Position numbers and translations under genes: made by a program. The notes under the pieces were generated by a model. It saw nothing but the letters and a program-made list of their open reading frames with translations. It was not told where the DNA came from and did not search any database. DNA of 59,999 nucleotides, counting the filler, from Sphacelaria rigidula (taxonomy: Eukaryota): NCBI GenBank assembly GCA_964200075.2. It is 2 parts of 2 records of this genome, joined end to end, with 100 filler letters (N's around TTAATTAATTAA, not from the genome) between each part and the next. Parts side by side here need not be neighbours in the genome. Positions count along the whole stretch, not along the records: positions 30,068 to 59,999 come from CAXNAA020000072.1; 1 more part is not named here. One strand, given 5' to 3'. Each line of letters begins with the position of its first letter. Position 1 is the stretch's first letter. Below, piece by piece: positions 45,301-58,902 of the stretch.

Positions 45301-48300
45301 TGTTTACGTTATGTACGGGAACCGTAATTGGTTCATGGGGTAAGGGACGGGGTAGGCAACGTTTACTCTCGAGGCTAGCCAGTATAATGTGTTGTTAAAG
45401 GACATGCATAGCGGCAGAATCGAGCTCTGTTGCGCCATTGTGTTTTACTCCCGATGAATTTTCGAAAAAGAGTTCGTCGTTTGGTACAGTGCTCACTCAC
45501 CGAGAAGCACATCAGTCCTAGGGATACAGGTGTTAAACACATGGTTGCTGATTGATCATCTATGATGTTGCTCCGTTCTTCACTTGAGTTCGTTTCCGCG
45601 AGAAACCCATCGGACACCTGAAAGATATCCAAAGTACATATACGATATAGAGTTGAGCCACAGCGGATCGGGAGTCAAAGCACCTCATGTTTATCAATCT
45701 AAGAGAGATCAACTCCACCCTCCTCCAAGGGTTGCATATACTAAGTCACGACTGTCGATTGTAGCCTCAGGTTGCGTACATGCCCTCACTTGAGCAGCAG
45801 TTGACAAGCGTGTAACGATACAACCAAGGCCCCATCTTACCTGCTCCCCGTCAGCATACGCCATCAAAGCCGATATTCCCGATCCTTGATCAACCAATAT
45901 CGCTCGTACTGCGCTTGGATGAAAAATGTGAATCTGGGGTAGAACTCACGTGGATCCTATATTCTGTCGAACCGAACACTCCTCTGCCCCACCGCCGTGA
46001 ATGGCATGACGCCACCAGTGTCATGGTACTAGGACCAGCAGGATGTGGGAAAACGACCGTGTGGAAAGCCCTAATGGCGTGTCATAATCGCGGGAAATCC
46101 AAGCCGTCAACCGTGGTGGAAACCGTCAATCCCAAGGTGATGAAAGGATTTGTTATAGTGTCGTCGTTCCCTTCCAACCAAGATCCCCGTCGCTCGATGG
46201 TGAACGGGATGCACAGTCCAATATTTCAGCGTCTCAGTTCGGACTACACGGTTTTCTCTCCTTTCAATGATGTGGTCCTATGGAACGGGTGGACATATAC
46301 TCGGCAATATGCCTAAAATGCCGTCTTCACTTGCTTCATACCGTATCACTTCGACCTCTTTTTCCCGTGAGACTAGAAGTGAACCCGTCGACCGCGGCGA
46401 AAGTAGTCAATCTCAAGGTGACGATAAGTTGGGAATACTATTATTCAGAGGAGCATTTTACCATTTTGCTCCGTTTCACACTATGTCCTTAGGTGCTCGT
46501 CGAAAACATTTTATAAATGTTCTACGCGGGCGTTATGCACGCCCGAGCGTAGCCCGTAGAAGACTCATGATATTTCTGCATCTCTGTGAATAGTTGAATC
46601 GTGTACATGTTACAACGCATGTATCGATTGCTTTTCTCGAAGTAAAATACACATTCGCCGAGTCGTGTTTCCGGCGGAATAAAAGCTACATAGTCTTCAC
46701 CCGCGGAGGAATATATCAACGACAGGCTCATCTACAGCTGTGATGATGCGAACAAACTCTGTTCATTCAACTACACCTCGACCACTTGTGCGTACAAACT
46801 TCTACCCGCGCTAGGAAGTTCTGAACTTTTCGCCATTCCATGAGGCGCCATGAGTTGTCATCGTGTTGGTCGTTGCAGCACGGCAGTTAACTGTGCCGAG
46901 TCAACGCATGAGCCACGCCTCACGCTTCATGGTAAGAGGGCTGAGCTAGGCGTCTTCTGTGGTCTTGTTCTCTTCTCGTGTGAGCAGGCAGTGACGTCCG
47001 ACGAGCTCTACGGCCACATGACACTGGCCAAAGAGTGGAAAGACGGCGTTCTCTCCATCATTATGAGGAACATGAGCAAGGTATACAGGTGTTCGTGAAC
47101 GTGGTTCATATTTCTGTGGCTGCTTGAGCCACGGTTCAACCGAGGACTTGGCGTCACATTGCGGTCGTGCCTATTTTAGTTACGTTGTGACATGTGATGA
47201 GCGTTTGAGAGACTTTGATGTGATTAATGTATTCATGTGAGTTGGCTTCTGTCTGCGTCTGTTCATCTCCCAAGGGAGAGTGACATTTACTTTCGGATAG
47301 AGGAAGCTGCTACACGTCAGTCGTTCGGTAGAACCAACTCCATCCATGCCACGGTAACCACAGAAACAACATTGAACATGGGTAAAGCGCTCGAGTGAAT
47401 AGTAGGTGCGGGAGAGCATGCTTTCAATCAAACAAGAAACTGCGGTGGGATTTTCGTTATGCTTGATACAGAACGAAGCTCTCCAGTAATGAGAACAAGT
47501 ACTTGAAAAGCCAGAGGTAATAGTGGTGTATTTCAGGCCAGCACGACACCCCGCCAGTGGCAATCCATCGCAGCGTCGCGTCAACACCAACCCGTTACCT
47601 ACTTCATTCGTATGATTGATCACGCTGCTGAGACTCGGAACGCTTCAAAGCTGAACTCAACATTTTCCCGTTACATCACACCTCACTGCCCCCCTGCCGT
47701 TCACACTTCTCCCCGTACCGACAAGGAATGGGCCCCGTTTGGACCCCATCAGAACATGAAGTGGGTGATCCTCGACGGAGATATCGACGCTGTTTGGATT
47801 GAAAGTATGAACACCGTCATGGACGACAACAAGGTGCCGTACATATATTGCCTACTTGTTTCCACGATGATGTGAAACCATGTGGTGTCAGGATGCTCCC
47901 CCTCCTCGCCCCCCAGACTCCTCATGTCGTTTTCCAGCCTTGAAGACTCAGCTCCTTCGCCACCCCATCTGTGTGGCGACAGGTATTAACTCTGGTGTCC
48001 AATGAACGCATCCCGCTGACCGCGACCATGAGGATGATCTTTGAAATCCACTCTCTCCGGAACGCCACACCGGCTACCGTCAGCCGCGCAGGGATTCTTT
48101 TCGTGAACGAGGTGCGATACGTATACATGAAAGCCGAATACACACGTGAACGCCGCTGTAGAGTGTGCGTATCGTCGAAGGGTTCGCAATGTGAATGTAT
48201 AGAAAGGATTGCAAAAAGTGCCAACGCAAGGTTATCACCGATTAGAATCTGAAAAGCCACCAAGTACTACCTTTGTGCTGGTACACAAAGGTATGTTTGC

Positions 48301-51300
48301 CGAAACGTATCTATTGCATGCTTAACTATAGCCTAGGTGAGGTCGAACTGTGTGGATTTGGGTAAAAGGTATCGCGACAAGAACACTGGACACGTGTTCT
48401 ATATGGAAGCATTGACTTCAAATAATACTTTCCAGTGAACATGTAGTACACCTAAAAACTGTATGTACACCTGCAGGTATTGTGTTTCTGGCTGTCGTGT
48501 CGGATTATAGGCTCACCAATTGCTTCTGATACCTACCTGTATCCGATCGTTTGTAGTTTGACACGTATAGGCGGCGGCATAGTACAAGTCGCCACATGTG
48601 TATTCTTGTCTCGTTGCATCTCGCAGACCGACATCGGGTGGCACCCCTTCATGGAGAGCTGGGTGCAGGCAAGGCCCCTGGAGAGCGAGAAGTTGGTCCT
48701 CGAAGGTGAAAACACCCTTCCGGGCATCGTAATCTCGCCGAACCCATCACACGTCCCATCACATGCCCCAGTTTCCGTGACTTCGCTATTAGTGCATGGA
48801 GCACGCCAAGTAGGCCACAGGAGACGCGGAGCACAAGCGCCGTATCCGATGTACACCATGTACCCTTTCAAGTAGCAAGTGATTTTGCCCGTATGTAATG
48901 TTAATCGGAAGCCACACATCGGTCGATACAAGTAGCGCCGTGCCGTTTGTCGAGAGTCCGAAAATATGATTACCTTGTTTTGTACGCACAACGGAACAGC
49001 CTCTCAGTGTTTGGTTCATCACACCGAACGGGGGGTGGGGAAGGGGGGATAAGAATGTGCAAGGGAGAGGCAGGGGACTCATGGCTCTGTGATAGATAGA
49101 ATCCGGTAGCACTTCCCATGTGTGTTTTGTGACCATGACTGAGAGCATCGGGAATCGTACGGTAGAAACATTGTGATACCCTTCGCGACATCTCTAGCTG
49201 ACTTTGTCGCCCTATAACTAGCTTGAGACGCACCCCTTCGAACGTCGTACCGTGTAACGATGACCTGATGAACGAATTCAGGGTTGTTCAACAGGCACCT
49301 TCCAGCCATCATCGACATGCTGAAGAAGGGCAAGATGGAGCCCATGGTCCCGATCCCAATCATCAGCGCGGTTCAGGTAATCTTCACGTGCTGCACTAGG
49401 TATATGCGCGTGTTCAGCTGTGGGATGTGTCGACGGCAATAAATTCACGAGGCATTGAGATAGAAAGGATTGTGTGTGTTCCGAGAACTGAAGTCGACGT
49501 CCGACATTCGCATGGTCTGAGAGCTGATCAATAGCTGACTTCAGGTGATATGTCGGCTAGTGTACTTGCGCATACGATGATCCCATACGCGACCAGAGGA
49601 ATGACTTGGAGCAGATAGTACGAAGTCTACGCTAGGTGAGATTAGCAACGCTCATAGGGGATAGCTGTACGCTATGGCGATGAAGTCTTGTATGAATGCG
49701 GTATTGGATGGGAGTTTCCAACTCAAATGCAGACGTCGTACTCGTCTGCCTCACGGTCGCTCAGGATGCCCGTGTCCGCCCGTGTCCGCCCGTGTCATAT
49801 TTCGATGAGGTAGGAGACCGTCGCCTAGCAGTCATCGCTTAATGTAAAATGCTTAGCTGAACTGTACGCACGCCCCCCCCCACCCACCCCCAAACTGTGT
49901 TCACCACCGGTAGTTTTGAAGAACTGCGATGAACTTCGTTCAGGTAACGCCTGAGGGGAAAAGATGTCCCAGTGAGCCCTACGCTTATTGCAGTACCTTA
50001 AAATTCAGCCCGACATCTTATTGGGATTGGAGAGCTTAAAATGCACTCTCCATCCGATTCGCTAGAACGTTCCGTGCTCAATCAGCGGCGTACTATTAGA
50101 TGAGACCACACTACATTCGGTGGGTGAAGGGAGTACCAACGAACACAATTATACGCCTGCAAAGTGTTGTCTTCTTTTTCTTCAATTGGACGTGCAGGTG
50201 GTGTGCCTCCTGGTGGAAGGGTTACTTGAAGCCCTTGTAGACAAAACCGGGGAGGTGAGCCGTCTGACGTTCAGCATGCACATGCCAGCCGCGCACGTTA
50301 TTGTCGTAGTATATGGTGATGTTGATTTCAGATTATTCTCAGGTCACCCGACCCCATGCCTGTTCATTATTATCCTTTCGGTGACGACGAATAGGGGAGG
50401 AGGCGAAACGTACATATATGTATTAAAGGCACGTCACCCTAATTACGCCGACGAGCGAAAAACGTTGGGGTTGGTGCTGTCGTTTCTTAGAATGTTCGGT
50501 TAATCAACGGTTCACCGCTACATCTACCGATCGCGAAACGCCATCAACCAGTCATGCAGGCGTTTCATGTTGATGTTGTCCAGGCGTAATGCATATGCAT
50601 GTATACGGTATTTTCCTCGGCCTACCGCAGTAATGGGAAATGTATTCGTGTACCGGTCCTCGGTTTGTCTTCGATCGATTCCCCAACACATGTGCGACAA
50701 GAATAAGGAGTACTCGAAATCCATCGATTTTCTAGAAGTGTTCCCTCTGCTTCATATGTTTCGCGATAGGCGCGACTATCCGCTGTATATCTGCAGGACG
50801 ATCTTATTCTACTTTCCATTGACATAAACAATTGCTTTGCCTCAATTCAGCAATCCTGATTGTCTCCGATAAATTGCGCACGATACTTGCTGGATTATGC
50901 CCAGTCCGAGTCCAGGTGCTGTTGACCTCTAACGCTTTCGACTGGACGTGCTGCTTTCGTATGTAAACTCACGCTACACATAGTCATAACGTGGAGCACT
51001 TGTCATGTTGAACGGAAATTTCGCTTCTGTCTCATTCATCCTTTTCTATTGTGTTTGTCACAGTATGGGCGTCAAAACACAAGGGAAAGCCTAGGACAGT
51101 ACGTATAAACCCCCAGACTCTGGATGCTACCAGACCCGAATCATGACGTTGCTTTTCTTGTGTCGGGTCTGTGTATTTCAATCCCACATGAACGCAGAAT
51201 ATGGAGCGAGTGTTTTTGTTCGCAGCCATGTGGGCGTTTGGCGGAGCACTGTCCTCTGACAGTAAGTGCGACGATCGCCGCAGGTTCAGCCAAGAGTGGA

Positions 51301-54300
51301 GAAAGTTTCTACCGCCCAAACTGATCAAGCTACCAGAGCAGGTCAGGGGTGACGTCTGCTTCTCGCGGGCTTCCTTTACGTCTTAAGAGACGTTGATTTA
51401 GCTGTCGCATCGCAATGGAATTGTATCGGACGCCTGTTGCAGCATGCCAGACCTTCGGATAGCAAGTGCGACCACCGGCGAAGGTGTGACGAATGTTGGC
51501 GAGCGGCTCGTGTTACACACAATAGTCAAGCTGCCCAAATACATCGGGCCGCGATGACAGCGGATTGCTTTGGCCCTATAACGTACCCGATAGCGCGGAG
51601 TACAGTGCAGCAGTTGAGAACCTCACAGTAGAAAATATGATGCGTCCGAACAGGTAATGCTCTGACCGAGACACGTCCTGGCTGACATTGCCCATTCGCC
51701 TCCCCCGTGTACGACTGGATTGCCGGATCACGAACACTAAGAAATTCAAAGATCGCAAGTATCTTGGAACATGAACCGAGGACCACAGATTGCACTGGGG
51801 ATTGATCCTGAAGCTGCTCCTTTCCGAGGTTTTGCCCGACAGGTTTCCGAGTTTGCCGGATTGTTGAACTAAAGTTCGAACGAAAACTAGAATCGGTATA
51901 TCAAATGTCAAATATGAAATATAAAATGGAGATGCACTACTTTCTGGTATTGGCGGGTTTTCATCTTGTGGCCATCTCCAGTGTTTCGAGGCAAACGTGT
52001 TGGGACAATGGAAAATTCTCGATAAATTCAACACTGACAATTAAATTGAAATGCAGGTACAAAAAGTCTTTGAGCATACGGCTCACCGACTATACTCCTC
52101 TGACGTAGGTGTATATCGTCACCCGGCGAGGCCTCGTCCGAGGGCTAATTTCTCGGAATAATAAGGATGATCCAGTCGTATCTATAGTCCAACATAGAAT
52201 CACGCGAAATATCAGGACTAATGACTGTGTTCTGTTTTTTACCGGGCAGGGCCTTGTGTTCGACTACTTCATCAATCCGGAGAACGGGGAGGTTGCCCGC
52301 TGGTCTGACAAGGCGAGTACTGGGTGTTGCTAGTAGCATTAGCCAATGAGCAGCTTCGGGGAGTATCACTGTTTTCAGAGTTCACAGCACCAGTGTGATG
52401 ATGGATTGAATGATGAACTATCACACCTCAACTGATCCACCAGGTAGTCATGACTCAGCCGTGGTCATCTTCCACGTGATCGACGTACCACAGATACAAC
52501 CAAATGGACACACTCGTTGAGGGAAAATGGAGAAAAGCGTGGAGGTAAATAAAGAGGTTGGACTTAAAAAAAACAAGAAGGGAAAAAGAAGAGGAAGAAA
52601 AAAACAGAGCAAAACAAAGACAGGACGGAACAAAACTAGATAAGGCCGGCCTCTGCAACATGGCTTCGGAGGAAAAGGTCTTCGGCGCAAAGGCACACTC
52701 ATACCCAAACATGAAAACTAAAAACCCGTAGGAACAGATTGCGGCTCATCTGTTTTGACCTCACTATTTTTGGGATGAAGCTCCCATCCAGGAACCCTAC
52801 GGAAGCGAGGCGACAAGCTGCTTACCGGCACACACGAGGGGGAAAGAACACACATAGCGAGACAAAGATGGGGAACGGAAATACGTCAGAGAAGGAGACT
52901 ACAGCAGTGATGAAACCCTAAGGACAGTACAGTACAGTACAGTAGGTACAAACACACACCAGGGAGCACAGCAGAACCACAAACTATGAACAAAATCAAC
53001 CGCCGATGGGAAAAGATGAGTACTTCAATTTCCGTGTTAGTTCAGTGTATCGCTTTCATCCCTAGTCGGGTATCAAGCGGGCCATTTATCTCGGTCATTT
53101 CTACCTTTAATCCCCCCGCAAGCTGTTACTGTTGTTGTGCTAGAAAGGGCAGTTTTACGATCGGCGATTCTCGACACAGCAGCCTCTCGTTCGTGGAGGC
53201 GGTCCTATCCTCGTTTGTCTTTGCGGCGCCACGTGTCGTCGAATTCTTTCGCCCCTTTCTCGACTCCAACATGCCATTTGCCTCCGTGTTGTTCGTCGCA
53301 ATGACCCAATCGTGTGCGCCGATAACCTCTACACCAGTTGACGAAATATTTCCACCAAACTCCCTTGCGTGAAAGTGCCCGTAGTGCACATAGGTGCGCC
53401 TGGAGGTTGTTCCCCCAATGTTTGAGGGGGCGACTAGCCTCGTCGTGCTCTTGTGCGACTAACCGCCCGTGCATGTGGGTTGGGGAAGGTGCGTTTCATC
53501 CTGCCGGACAAGAGCTTACGCGAGCCAGAGCTGACGCTTGCGGACGGTCGTCTCGATACGTTTGCAGTCGGTCATCTCGAGCACAGCTTTGTACGAAAGA
53601 GTCTTGTAGCCTGTTCGATCTTTCCTGCGTAATCCAACCGCTCGTTGCAAACGTTTGTGATCGGCAGGGCGCAAACTATCAAAGTCCTCAGCACGTGACT
53701 TTCATGTAGCACATCCGATTTATGTCAGAAGAGAATCAATTTTCGCCAACCCACAAAGTAACGGAATCATTTCCATGACGTGGCTGGGATCCCATGTATA
53801 AGTTAACTTCACAACCGCACCAAAGTTACTTGCAGTTAGCGTCTGTACATTTTATGGAGGTCAGTGCTCCATAGCCTTCACGCTGGGAATATTACCGGTA
53901 TGTTGTGAAGGTACCCAAATACTCCTTGTTCCGTATAATCACGGTGTACGTGCAGTCACACTATGGTGCAGCTTTACCCCACACCTGGACTGCTCAACTA
54001 CATAATGTTATTGTTTTCTTTTCACCCCCAGATGCTTAGAGCCTCAATCGTGTGTTTTCAGTACGAGGTCGTGACCCTGGGCTAGTGGTGATACGTTTCT
54101 TCATGTACTTTTGGCCACAGGGAATAGCTGGCTCTCTACATCACTCGTCAAACAGAAGAATGTATTAGGTATCCACGACCGACCACGTCATCCGCTGTTA
54201 GCGTGTGGGCGCAAATACTCGCCTCGTGGGGTACGAGGTATCAGACAAATGGACATCCCAACGACCCAGATGTGAATGAATGATGCCCTACATACGTGTT

Positions 54301-57300
54301 GACTCTGCTTACACTTGAGGATGCGGGAGAGCTATGGAGATTGAGGAGCGGGGGGAGTGCGGGACGAGCAAACCCAACCGCTAGTAGGTTCTGAGACATC
54401 TCATGGGTTATTGGTCGTAGACGAAGTTTCCAAAAAAGTAGTCATCCTTCTGGAGAAAGTCCAAATTCCTTCTCCCGTTAGCGGTGCATCTGCGAACTCG
54501 GTGCCCTCCATGGGCACACGCACGCTTGGAACCCGACCCGAACACCGAAAAACTCTTCTGCAATTTGCTAGTCTGAGATAACCGCGACAGGGACTGCCAT
54601 GTACCACACCCCGTGGACGGGTGGTACATTAGAATAAACAGACTCAACAAGGACTGCTATCCAAGGGTAAGACCGAAAGTACGGCAATGGCTCGCAACCG
54701 AACCCAACATGCTGATACTTCGTAGTTCTGAAGGAACTCGGGTTTCTATCTCACCTGATTGTGCAGATCAAGCACGGTCGTATCTATCATTCTGGTTTCT
54801 TTCCAGACTTTGTGGGCGGCATCACATGAACATCAAGCCGGTGACATCGATGCAACTGCTTACTGAGGTCCCATCGCTGGTGCTCTAGTGGTATGCTTGA
54901 TCGATATGTATCGCCTCCAAATACCACCACGATCAGCTCTTCTCCACGTGACCTCACTACAAACGTAGGTGGTTAGCTCAGCTACACATCACCTCGTAGT
55001 CGCAATTCTGTACTTTGGTAGCTTCTGTTTTCCTGAGGGTGCCAGTCCGCTGGTCAGATGTTTAAAATCTGTTCTCTGTGGGTGTTTCCAGATTCCGATT
55101 TTAATTCTCCTGCTATTCTCCCTCAGGGCATTTCGAAAGTGCTCGTGCAGACAGGCACCGCCACCACGAACCTCGAGTAACCCCTGGCTCCTTTTCCCAG
55201 GACAGACCCGTAGCGGGTTCACGAATGAAATCTATTGGTCGAATGTGTGTGCTTCAGCGATCTTTCCGCGAGACGACCACTCTACTCGCGAGGTACAGTA
55301 GTTAATCTTGTTCCTGTGGTGGGCGAAAATAGTCCATAAAGTACTGACTAGACTAAGTATTTGTAAGCAAATTTCCTTGCACATAAATGCCGGCCAATCG
55401 GCGCGTGACTCTGCTAATCATGCGCGTTTGATCAGCGGACGGTACATCGTCACAGTCGTCAGATTCGTTCACCTCAACGTAGGGGTGTCCGTTGTAGACT
55501 ACTTAACCGCTCCACTCTAGGGTCCACGGTAGATTCACGGTGCATCAGACAGCCAACCCATTGCTTCCACCGCGGCGTTGCACCTGCACCGAGAACTACC
55601 GGACGCTTCTTCGTCATCGCTGCCCCAGGGCGCTGTGGACTAATATTCCGTTTTCCCTTCCTCTCAGGACTGAGTGAGCAGTCAAGGCTCTGGACGAATC
55701 TTTTCCCTTTCGTTGCTGGTTTTGGATGCCCGCCGAAAAGTTGTTTTAGCTGTGTTTTCCAAGTCTAGGCTACGGTTCTTGGGGACACCTCCGCCGGAAA
55801 GATATAAAGAAATGCTCATAGTGAACATTGCGTGAGGGAACTGATGGGATGGTCAAAACATGGTGCGCGGTGGACGCCGGAACTACTATGGTGTTGCTGG
55901 GAACTCCACCCCTTTTGTCGTGCGTTTCGCAGCGTGCTGTAATCTCGTGATGTTTGGTTGGTCGAACATTCTTGTCTCTCTTGCAGGAACCATGTGTTGA
56001 ATGGGGCGAACGATGTGTTTATCATGTTCCTTAGTGGGAAGAACAGTTTGTTACTCTTTTGGAGCGGTTTCACGCTGAAAAAACCCAATGCTAAGAAGAA
56101 ACGGATACCTGAGCCTGTCGCACATCATGACCATTTTCCCCTATCGATGCCAAACTCACGTGAACAATTGTCATCAGAGGTGTTTCAGGTGTCAGGTAGA
56201 GAGTTCCTATTACGTCGATTGCAATTGCCGACAAATCACAACCCACCATACCTCTCAGCAGAGTGATGTCTGACAGTACGTGACGTGTAACGCTTGTTTC
56301 CGGCGGTAGGAATGCGAAACGTTAGTGCCTCATCGCCACGGTACGCCTCTCTGCGATACATGTCGCCCACTCTGTCTTCCATGAACCTTACCGTTGTGTT
56401 TGCTTGGCTGGCCCGTGTTGAACTGCACTCCGTTGAGTTTTTCATCGACAGGTTCACGTATTTTCGCCATCGATAGCCCAGTCTTTCGCGTCCATAGTGG
56501 TGCCGACAGTCGACCTGGTGCGGTTGACCTTCCTCACGGACTTGCTTGTCGGCATGAAAAGGTGCGTGCCACCGTTGAAAAGAAGGAAGCAAGAATATCA
56601 CCTGGTCGTCTACTTGAAGTCTGACAACAGAGACACGTTCCATCTGACCAGCACGCTTTCTATTCGAATAAAATGCAAAGTACATCGGATACTCCACACG
56701 GCGGACAAGTCGAAATAAGATTTTCTCGCTCGCAGCATTTCGAGAAGCGAAGAGCATGTGGAATGGGACCATACTTACAAAGCTTCCCAATTGTACGCTA
56801 ACAGAACCATTACATAATGCTTGCAATGCCTTCGACCACCTGCGATTCGCGAAGTACGAAATAGTGAATACATGGTGCCCACGTGTGATTCGCGCTGGAC
56901 AGATCGTCCGGGCCATGATTCATCTGACATGTGCAGACATTGTCTACCCCGCTGTACAAGGCGTGTGTTCTCCAATAATCTAGCGCGAATACGGTTATTA
57001 TTTTCTTGCTCTTGGCTCAGTTTCAAGATGGAGACGAGATTCAAGCTTCGACGAACAAAAAGGAGATATGTAAAGCATCCCCCAAGGCATCGCTTTTCTT
57101 GTTGCAGGAACTCGCCCTCTTTGTTCTGTACGAATTCTGCTGACTGAAAAATACAGTGGTACACTCGCGATGAACCAAGAATCGGTGTGACATGCAGATG
57201 TCATATTCGGGTCTGACTGGATCCTGTTCTTATACCGTAGGCGGTGAAACGAGACGCCTATGGAGTGGAGGACAAATGCTCTTGATCGATATACCCAACG

Positions 57301-58902
57301 AAAAGTCGAGTTCCAGCAAATGCTCAACAGAGAACTTCAGCTCCTCACGTTATGTTACATAAAACTTTTTGATCTGCTCTTCATTCCCCGATTTACATCG
57401 CGTCCTGATTTGATCGGATATGCATGCGACTAACAACAGGAACGTGATGCTGATCGGTTCCGTAGGCACGGGCAAAACTACGCTTGTGCAGAAATATCTG
57501 AGGGACAATGCCAGCGATACGCTTCTGTCATGCACCATCAACACCAGCTACTATACCGACGCCAATGCGTTACAGCGGCAGCTTGAGCAACCTTTGGACA
57601 AGGTATTACACACATGCAGGGTATCTGAATCGACAGTTGTCGCAAAATCTGACTGGCGATTTCCGTTGGCGTGGACGCAGGCTGAAACAACCACATAGAG
57701 AGCTTCAAATACGATGACAGTAATGATAACGGCAACCAATTCTCGACAAGCCTGCATGGAGAGTACTCACAGATGTACCCACATGCTACTATGTTGTTAT
57801 GTTAGCGTCGTGCCCAGCTTACGTGAACACAGTAGGTACACGAAGGAATCGATTCCCATATTGCAGAGCCACGACTGACTTTGCAATACCCAGTGACTAC
57901 CTTTTGTGTGAATAAGGATGCACGTTCTACGTTGTCAAGAGCTGCACTACGTAGTGTACGCACTACACACTCTGATGCTTGGGTTGCTCTAGCCATCCAC
58001 GTACAAACTGACCCAAGTATGCTCGAAATTTAGATAACCGTTTGATCGGCTGATCGCGATACTCTGCCTTGGCTACAAACAATTCTTCGATCCCTCGTTG
58101 ACGAATAAACCGTTGCTCGTACCCCGTGCCTTTGGTTGCCAGCGGAGCGGGAAAACGTACGGACCTCCGAGTTCAAAGCGGCTGATCTATTTTGTGGACG
58201 ATCTGAATATGCCGTTCATTGAGGAATACGGCACGCAAACGCCCATTGCTCTTCTGCGACAGCACATGGACTATCATGGGTACGGACGCCTACAGAGCTA
58301 TGCTTTCGTCATACCATGCCCCTTCCCAATCTTAACACCCCCAACTCACTCGCGTGCAGTCTAACGACTGCAAGTTACTCAAGTGGATCGTCTGGTATCG
58401 GTTGCATGCGACCCCAGTGTAAACGTCGTTCTGTAGCAGACATAATTCGGATTACCTACTTATCTTTGTGATTCATCATACTCCGTCAGCAGTGCATGTG
58501 CCCCACTCCGTGGTCTATCCCAGCATACTTCTAACATTGCACCCTTGACCTGTCTTTAACCGTTAGACCGCGAGGTTAGTCTTCTGTTGAATCGGCATCA
58601 ATTTCAAGTGAAAAAAAGTATGCATGATTCAGAAAGACCAATCTCGCGGTCTAAGGGTTAAGAACGTACCCAGAGGGCATTTAACGTCGTCACTGAAACC
58701 TCTCGTCTCTTGTCGCTCATCAATTTCGTGTGTTTCTAGGTGGTACGACCGTGCAGATCTCGGGCTGCGAAAAAACATCGTGGACGTTCAATTCCTCGCG
58801 GCCATGAACCACAAGAGCGGCTCGTTCTCCGTGAACCCTCGACTGCAGCGTCATTTCGTCACCCTCGGCTGTCAGTGCCCAGGCGGGGACGACCTGAGCA
58901 CG
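30312..58902 (+). CDS. Axonemal dynein heavy chain, outer-arm alpha/beta-like (DNAH9/11/17-type); partial: linker through AAA3; multi-exon
   Basis: Hand-spliced exons: 30312-30412, 30890-30959, 31213-31340, 33401-33508, 35679-35817, 36102-36229, 36671-36743, 37983-38060/38078, 38834-39004, 39991-40089, 40979-41026, 41307-41426, 42350-42474, 42729-42867, 43015-43146, 43741-43815, 45000-45121, 46019-46136, 46988-47080, 47726-47833, 47983-48111, 48627-48705, 49282-49376, 50198-50254, 51198-51341, 52250-52312, 56452-56561, 57440-57602, 58143-58279, 58740-58902. Hallmarks: [159 protein letters not shown]. Confidence 0.96.
32194..32562. mobile_element. Family F foldback element with about 150-bp inverted arms, in a dynein intron
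   Basis: ccgatcatcgaaattgaggatagagcttttcattgaagatgataaccc..tacacgccatacaa / ttgtatggcgtgtag..gggttatcatcttcaatgaaaagctccatccttaatttcgatgatcgg. Confidence 0.9.
33131..33176. repeat. (TGAATC)n hexamer microsatellite
   Basis: tgaacctgaatctgaatctgaatctgaatctaaatctgaatctgaa. Confidence 0.9.
34479..35270 (+). mobile_element. Decayed 3' end of a non-LTR retrotransposon, same family as 21656-22030, in a dynein intron
   Basis: [29 protein letters not shown] / [21 protein letters not shown] / [19 protein letters not shown] with stops and frameshifts. Confidence 0.75.
38834..39004 (+). CDS. Dynein AAA1 Walker A exon
   Basis: [57 protein letters not shown], bounded by cag| and |gtgccg. Confidence 0.95.
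46019..46136 (+). CDS. Dynein AAA2 Walker A exon
   Basis: (S)[43 protein letters not shown] bounded. Confidence 0.93.
51451..51539 (+). pseudogene. Degenerate duplicate of the 3' half of dynein exon 51198-51341
   Basis: [17 protein letters not shown]..(+1 frameshift)..IVKLPK versus exon [30 protein letters not shown]. Confidence 0.7.
53170..53560 (-). mobile_element. Decayed RTE-like LINE C-terminal remnant in the 4.1-kb dynein intron
   Basis: [21 protein letters not shown] / HDWVIAT / [19 protein letters not shown] resembles the 'GRP..W...L..DL...W...A...W' tail of RTE-type RTs; frameshifted. Confidence 0.5.
57440..57602 (+). CDS. Dynein AAA3 Walker A exon
   Basis: [46 protein letters not shown] bounded. 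Confidence 0.93.

Noticed and set aside
29520-58902. Idea that the dynein AAA modules supply the missing dynein-like AAA+ core of the RNF213-like protein, or form a functional cluster with it
   Set aside because: The genes are on opposite strands and separated by an artificial spacer, and the motifs are those of a true axonemal dynein.
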